Source of the DNA: Marsupella aquatica
Taxonomy: Eukaryota > Plantae > Marchantiophyta
Assembly: GCA_973895155.1 (NCBI GenBank)
Contig: OZ316898.1
Coordinates: forward strand, 4,464,480-4,528,479
Reading direction: 5' to 3'
DNA length: 64,000 nt
Shown here: one piece after another, positions 59,195-64,000 of the stretch
Layout of the letters: every line of letters begins with the position of its first letter
Position numbering within the stretch: the first letter of the stretch is position 1
Made by a program: the position numbers and the translations under genes
The notes under the pieces: model-generated
Database searches by the model: none
The model's input: only the letters and a program-made list of their open reading frames with translations
What the model was told of the DNA's origin: nothing

Positions 59195-61035
59195 TGAAAC
59201 TACTATGGCCCTTCCTGCAAGTTTATAGTCAGCTCTCCCCCACACTCTTTTGGACTCCATTACCAAATTATGTACACATCAATCACTCTTTGGCACAGCT
59301 TCTTCCCTGAGCCAAACATTACAGTACCCAACATTGAAGTCTCAGTGTTTTCGGAGGGGTGCTCGTAATAGTGCGGAAAGGAATTGTTGAATGACATTGA
59401 TAAAGCACCTGAAGCACAAAAATGTCATGATCGCTGTGGGAAGTTGAAGCCCAGGAAAAGAAGCGTTCGCTCTAGAGGTATTAGTTGACATCTCTCTCCC
59501 ACATGACACTTTTCCCCTTCACATGCCACGACTAGGAACCCTGCCTTAACGTGACTCGTGAGCTCCATCTTAATGTGATGCAATTTTCATGCTGAGATTG
59601 AAGGCGAAGGCGAAACAGACCCTTGGAATACATGGTTGCCCATCGTTTCTGATTAGCAGCTAGCATCTCAGCCTTTGGACACAGATAAGAGTATGGAATG
59701 CTCTTGCACTGATTCAGCCCACTTCCCCGCAAACGTTCTTCCATGCTCGCTTCCTTGGTGTCTGTGGTTCAGTGTTAATCATCAATCTGCACCGACTAAG
59801 ATCACAAGTGCTCGACACTCTTCTACCCTCTTTGAGCAATTCAAACTGACCATGAGGACACTCAGAATTGGAGTATCTCAACCAAACTCCTCGTGATCAT
59901 TTCTTGCAAGTTGATTGATTGCTTGCGACATCAATTTGGCGACAGGGCTTGGCCACCTCAACTGCTTAAGTACGTTTGATGGAGGATTGGCCTTTACTCT
60001 TCTGCTCTGCCCTCTCTTTCTATGCGTCTGTCGAGTTCGAAGGTCACCGGTAACACTCCAATCCCAGTATGCAGTCACGTCAAATGTCAATACGGTAGCG
60101 GTGTGACAAAGATTATCGGTCAGGGAAACAAGGAAGTACCTTGCCCTCACAAGCTGCGTCCTTACTTGCAGGTAGTAAACGAAAGGTGCAGTCACGAACA
60201 TTCGCCCGTACTAAATACGGTTGGTAGCAGTCGACGAGACCAGCCGACCGGCCCCTCCATAGCTGAAGCTAGTAGCAGACCACGTGGTTCCGATGTTGCT
60301 GGCTGCTTCCGTTCCAGTCGCAAGCCTGAAACATGGTGAGTTGGAACTTGGAACTTTCGAGGCCTAGCTGCCTTCTGTGTTCTCGTTTCTTCCAATTAAT
60401 GTCGAATTATGTGTCTCCACGTTGGCCTTCAATACCGCCTGTCACAGTACTCAAATGTCCACAACGATTGCGAAGTAGGTCGCTGTCTAAACCTAGAATG
60501 CGTTAATGCTCTCATCATCAAAGAAATCATCAGAAATAACCTTCGACCGTCAGTTTTTGCTAAAGAATTTTCCTTAAAGGTTCACTCTGTCATTGAATTT
60601 GAGTTTCTCTTTGTCCTTGAATTACATCGAGAGCTTGCTCAATTCACTTTTCAATTGAACGGGTAGCTTGCTCAATTTACTTTTCAATTGAACGAGTACA
60701 GTGGTCATCGTCCATGAAAGAGCGAGGGCCGCCGGGGAGCGTACACAACGCTACGTAAGTCTGCTCTGAGAGTACTGAACCCATTTTACGCCGATGGTTT
60801 GCCTTACATTTGCACACGACGGAGCTCCGTGCAACGCTACACTAGTGTTTCCAGGCATGCAACGCAGTCCTCGGGCCCGCTTTGTCTGGACAAACAGGGA
60901 CATGGAAGTTGCATGCAACACAACAGGGCCTCCATCTCTCGCGTACTCTGTCCACTCTCTGCGTCAACTCGGCCAACAACTTCCAACAAGTACTGCAGTT
61001 GCTGTCGAGCAAAGCAAGCACCGTGGATCACATGA

Positions 61036-61245
61036 CATGTACGAGGTTTAGAAATAATCTTCAGAAAGTTGATAAGATTCTTACCGTATTGCTCCGGTAA
61101 ACCGTTTGCTACCATTACAACTCAGCAGGACTTCCAACTTCATGTACGAGGTTTAGAAATAAGCTTCAGAAAGTTGATAAGATTCTTACCGTATTGCTCC
61201 GGTAAACGTTTGCTGCCATTACAACTCAGCAGGACTTCCAACTTC
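61036..61245. repeat. Near-perfect tandem duplication of about 105 bp
   Basis: catgtacgaggtttagaaataa...gcaggacttccaactt occurs twice. Confidence 0.9.
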
Positions 61246-62613
61246 TAAGTCCGTCTGCCTGTAGAGGACTACGTACAATGATGATAAGACATCACAATCA
61301 TGTGCTTTCGTTTTCCAGATCGCTCAGTGGATCCATCATCTGTCTCAAGCGACGGTGGGAGCCAGAGCTGGTACATTGCTGTGAATCAGGCATTACTCTT
61401 CGGTACTACTCTTTGGAAAAGTAATTAACCGCCATTGCAAACGATTTCGTCGATGCAAGCCAAACAAGGAGTGCCAGGGAGTATATATGCAAAACAAAAT
61501 CATACAATACCATCAAATCCAGTACAAAGCCAAACAAGGAGTGCCAGGGAGAATACATGCAAAACAAAATTATCATACAATCAAAGCCAGTACACTTCGA
61601 CATCGCAGTTTAGTTCGCACAAGTACAAGCCGAAAACTCAAAGTTCCAGGGTCTGCAACACACAGTAGAGCAACTGACGTGTTACGTTTGCATTGATAAA
61701 TTGAACACACAGTAGAGCAACTGACGTGTTACGTTTGCATTGATAAATTGAACTTGGGTGCATGCGTTTTTATCTGTCATTCTGAGCAAGATGAGATCGC
61801 GCCACAAATATGTATATCCGTACCTGATTCGGTTTCTATCAATCTACAAATCCAATCACATCTTAGCATAGTGCCTTGCTGTTGCAATGTGCAAGCAGAA
61901 TCAAGGATGACACTTGCAGATCGCTGACCAAAATCTATCGAAGAGACTCGGGCAGCAAAGTTTCAAGCGTTTCCTTTCTATCGAACATAAATAAGAACTC
62001 CTTATTTCCTCTAGGCTTCGGAAGGAAAATTGAGCACAAACTTCACATCGATAAGAGTTAGCCGCCAGCCTGATTCCCGGTTTTCCTTCCTGCGGCAGCA
62101 ATTGAATTATTCCCTTCGAACGGTACCACGAGAGAGATAAAAGAATCATTGACAGGTTGTGCGCATCCGTCAAGGGCGAAGAGTCCCCTTTGAACTGCAC
62201 GACAAAGTGTGAGATATCAATCTGCCCGGCTAGCTAGGCACCCACTGCTGCCTCGGACCTGCATCTGTGATCCTGATCCTCGACCTTTTAACGAAGAGCA
62301 TTTATTCGCCAAGTCAGCGACGTTATTAGATCATCCAGACATTTGATATACAGGGATATTGGGAGGCCGAGCTTTCTCGATTGTATTCACGAGCCAATGC
62401 AAACGGCAACTCCCTCCCTCTACTACATCTTCAACTCATCGGAGGCATCGGGTTTCCCGTACAACCTCCGGTGTGCTATTAGCTAGTCCTGCAGGCAATG
62501 GCATAGTAGAGACGATATTCTCCGGAATTCCATTTAGTGCAAATGTGGCCGAGGTTATGTACATTGATAGCTACAGTAAGAAATTAATGACAGAAGTGCA
62601 TTAATGAAGGCTT

Positions 62614-64000
62614 TCATGAAAGTTTTCTTTTCAGCTTCCGTTTCATCTCCCTAACTCTAGAGAGAACATTCTGTACGCTGATCTCGAAGGCATCGACGAA
62701 TTCCCCATTCTCCCTGGCATAAACCAGCTTAGGTATAATGGACACCACCGCTTCCCTCATTCTCAAAATCTGCTCAGCAGACATGGACGTCAAAACATCC
62801 TCCACGACCAATCCGTCACGAATTTCCTGCTCCGACACGAACACCGAGTAAGACCGGGGGTCCTCCGGAAGATGCCAGGAGTACTGTGAGTAGGCCGAAT
62901 CCTTGTGAAAGAATACCGGCACGCATCCAGCGATCATGGAGTCGAAGGCGGATCGGCGAGTAGGAGTGTCTCCCCTTGGCTGCAGACAGAAAGATGAATG
63001 AAGGAATGTTTTCATGATTGGCTCCGGGTTGTGGCTGCACTTGAGCACGGAGCAGTTTATGAGTGTACAGTTAGGCGAGTTCGAGCATTGGTCGAGGAGA
63101 TAGTTCCTGATGCTCCGAGGAATGTTCGACCTGGACGCACCGGCGAAGGAGAAGAGGGAGCTCCTGTCAGCATTCCTTACTCGGACCAGCCAGTCCCTTA
63201 ACTCTGATGCAGACGGGTGGAAGGAGGTGAGGTAAGGAATGGCCTGTTCGTGCTTCATCCACGGCTTCCTCTCCATTATGAGAGCTGTGAGGTTCCTCAT
63301 GTGCGGCACCATCTGGAACAATCCTGTTCCCCACAGAGTATGCGATCCATTGCCTAGCAGATAGAAATCCCATGATGTCCGGGCCAGTACGAGGAAATGA
63401 TCCTTGCCCGAGAACCTCTCCCACTCACGTTGCGCATTCTCTTTGATCCACGCGGCCAAGCTCTCTCCATGTGAATACTTCTGAACGCTGCTGTTATACA
63501 AATATTTCAGGGCATCCACGCCGGTGTAGTAGGGAAGATACAATGCATCCGCTCTCGAGGAATCATTCGTCAAACAAGAGTACTTTTGCATCCTCGCATG
63601 AAACACAAGCTCCAGCATGTAGGGATCAGTCTTGTACCAGCCAGATCCCAGGCCTTCGTAATCGCTCATCCCCCAGCTCGGATGGTTCTGCTGAAGGCCT
63701 AGTGATGGTGGCAACGATGGTGCAGCAACAGGGAAAGGAGCATCGCTCTGGTTGTCTCGTGTGAGGGAGGAAAGATAGCGTTGCCCTAGTCCGCTGTTTT
63801 CAGCATGGGGGCAGAAATTTAGCCAGCTGGTGAGACCATACCTGCACTTTCCTATGAGCTCGGTGTTGAACTCGGGAGGGAGGTTGTACATGAAAATCCG
63901 TCGCCCTTCGCACGGGTCTTCGGGGCCTCCCGTGAGATCCAGCTTGACAGTGCCGGCGGGTGCAGCATCGTCATCGTGATGCTTGGTGATGGGCTGAGAC
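62614..64000 (-). CDS. GT47 (exostosin) family xyloglucan glycosyltransferase, GT47-A clade (GT19/MUR3/XUT1-like), 5'-partial
   Basis: The frame stays open from the window edge (SQPITKHH...DPCEGRRIF) into MYNLPPEFN. Motifs: WYKTDPYMLELVFHARM, YLPYYTG, GKDHFLVLARTSWDF, IPYLTSFHP, SSFCLQPRGDTPTRRSAFDSMIAGCVPVFF, QYSWHLP. No introns in the visible part. Confidence 0.93.
   Translation of the reverse strand, partial: SQPITKHHDDDAAPAGTVKLDLTGGPEDPCEGRRIFMYNLPPEFNTELIGKCRYGLTSWLNFCPHAENSGLGQRYLSSLTRDNQSDAPFPVAAPSLPPSLGLQQNHPSWGMSDYEGLGSGWYKTDPYMLELVFHARMQKYSCLTNDSSRADALYLPYYTGVDALKYLYNSSVQKYSHGESLAAWIKENAQREWERFSGKDHFLVLARTSWDFYLLGNGSHTLWGTGLFQMVPHMRNLTALIMERKPWMKHEQAIPYLTSFHPSASELRDWLVRVRNADRSSLFSFAGASRSNIPRSIRNYLLDQCSNSPNCTLINCSVLKCSHNPEPIMKTFLHSSFCLQPRGDTPTRRSAFDSMIAGCVPVFFHKDSAYSQYSWHLPEDPRSYSVFVSEQEIRDGLVVEDVLTSMSAEQILRMREAVVSIIPKLVYARENGEFVDAFEISVQNVLSRVREMKRKLKRKLS

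Noticed and set aside
60893-60915. miR408-like sequence (acagggacatggaagttgcatg); also gccagggaagtgcat near 37465
   Set aside because: About six mismatches plus a bulge to the miR408 complement, and no proper miRNA/miRNA* duplex.

Overview
Eukaryotic nuclear DNA from a land plant (GT-AG introns, TTTAGGG telomere motif, plant-type genes). A non-seed plant (bryophyte, lycophyte or fern) is my inference and cannot be fixed from the window. Housekeeping genes reconstructed by hand: DNA polymerase alpha subunit B (16 exons, -), SKIP35-like ankyrin protein (3 exons, +), intronless mTERF (+), small uncharacterised coiled-coil protein (2 exons, +), intronless CCT8 (-), mitochondrial-type NADH-cytochrome b5 reductase (13 exons, +) and a 5'-truncated GT47-A xyloglucan glycosyltransferase (-), plus a probable small gene at the left edge. 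Between them lie CpG-depleted, repeat-rich spacers containing a TA-flanked TIR element, a Helitron-like element, a tRNA-derived SINE, LINE fragments, satellites and hairpins. The most striking item is an intact, intronless, CpG-retaining 231-aa ORF (16887-17582, -) inside this debris. It reads like a stand-alone UBASH3/Sts-1-type 2H phosphoesterase domain with altered HxS/T motifs, so it is a candidate horizontally acquired gene. Other leads: an SPL-site-rich CpG island upstream of an apparent micro-exon transcript, a telomere-repeat insertion with a 12-bp target duplication, a possible CCT8 retrogene, and recurrent tandem duplications in gene leaders. All family assignments are by eye; no database searches were run.
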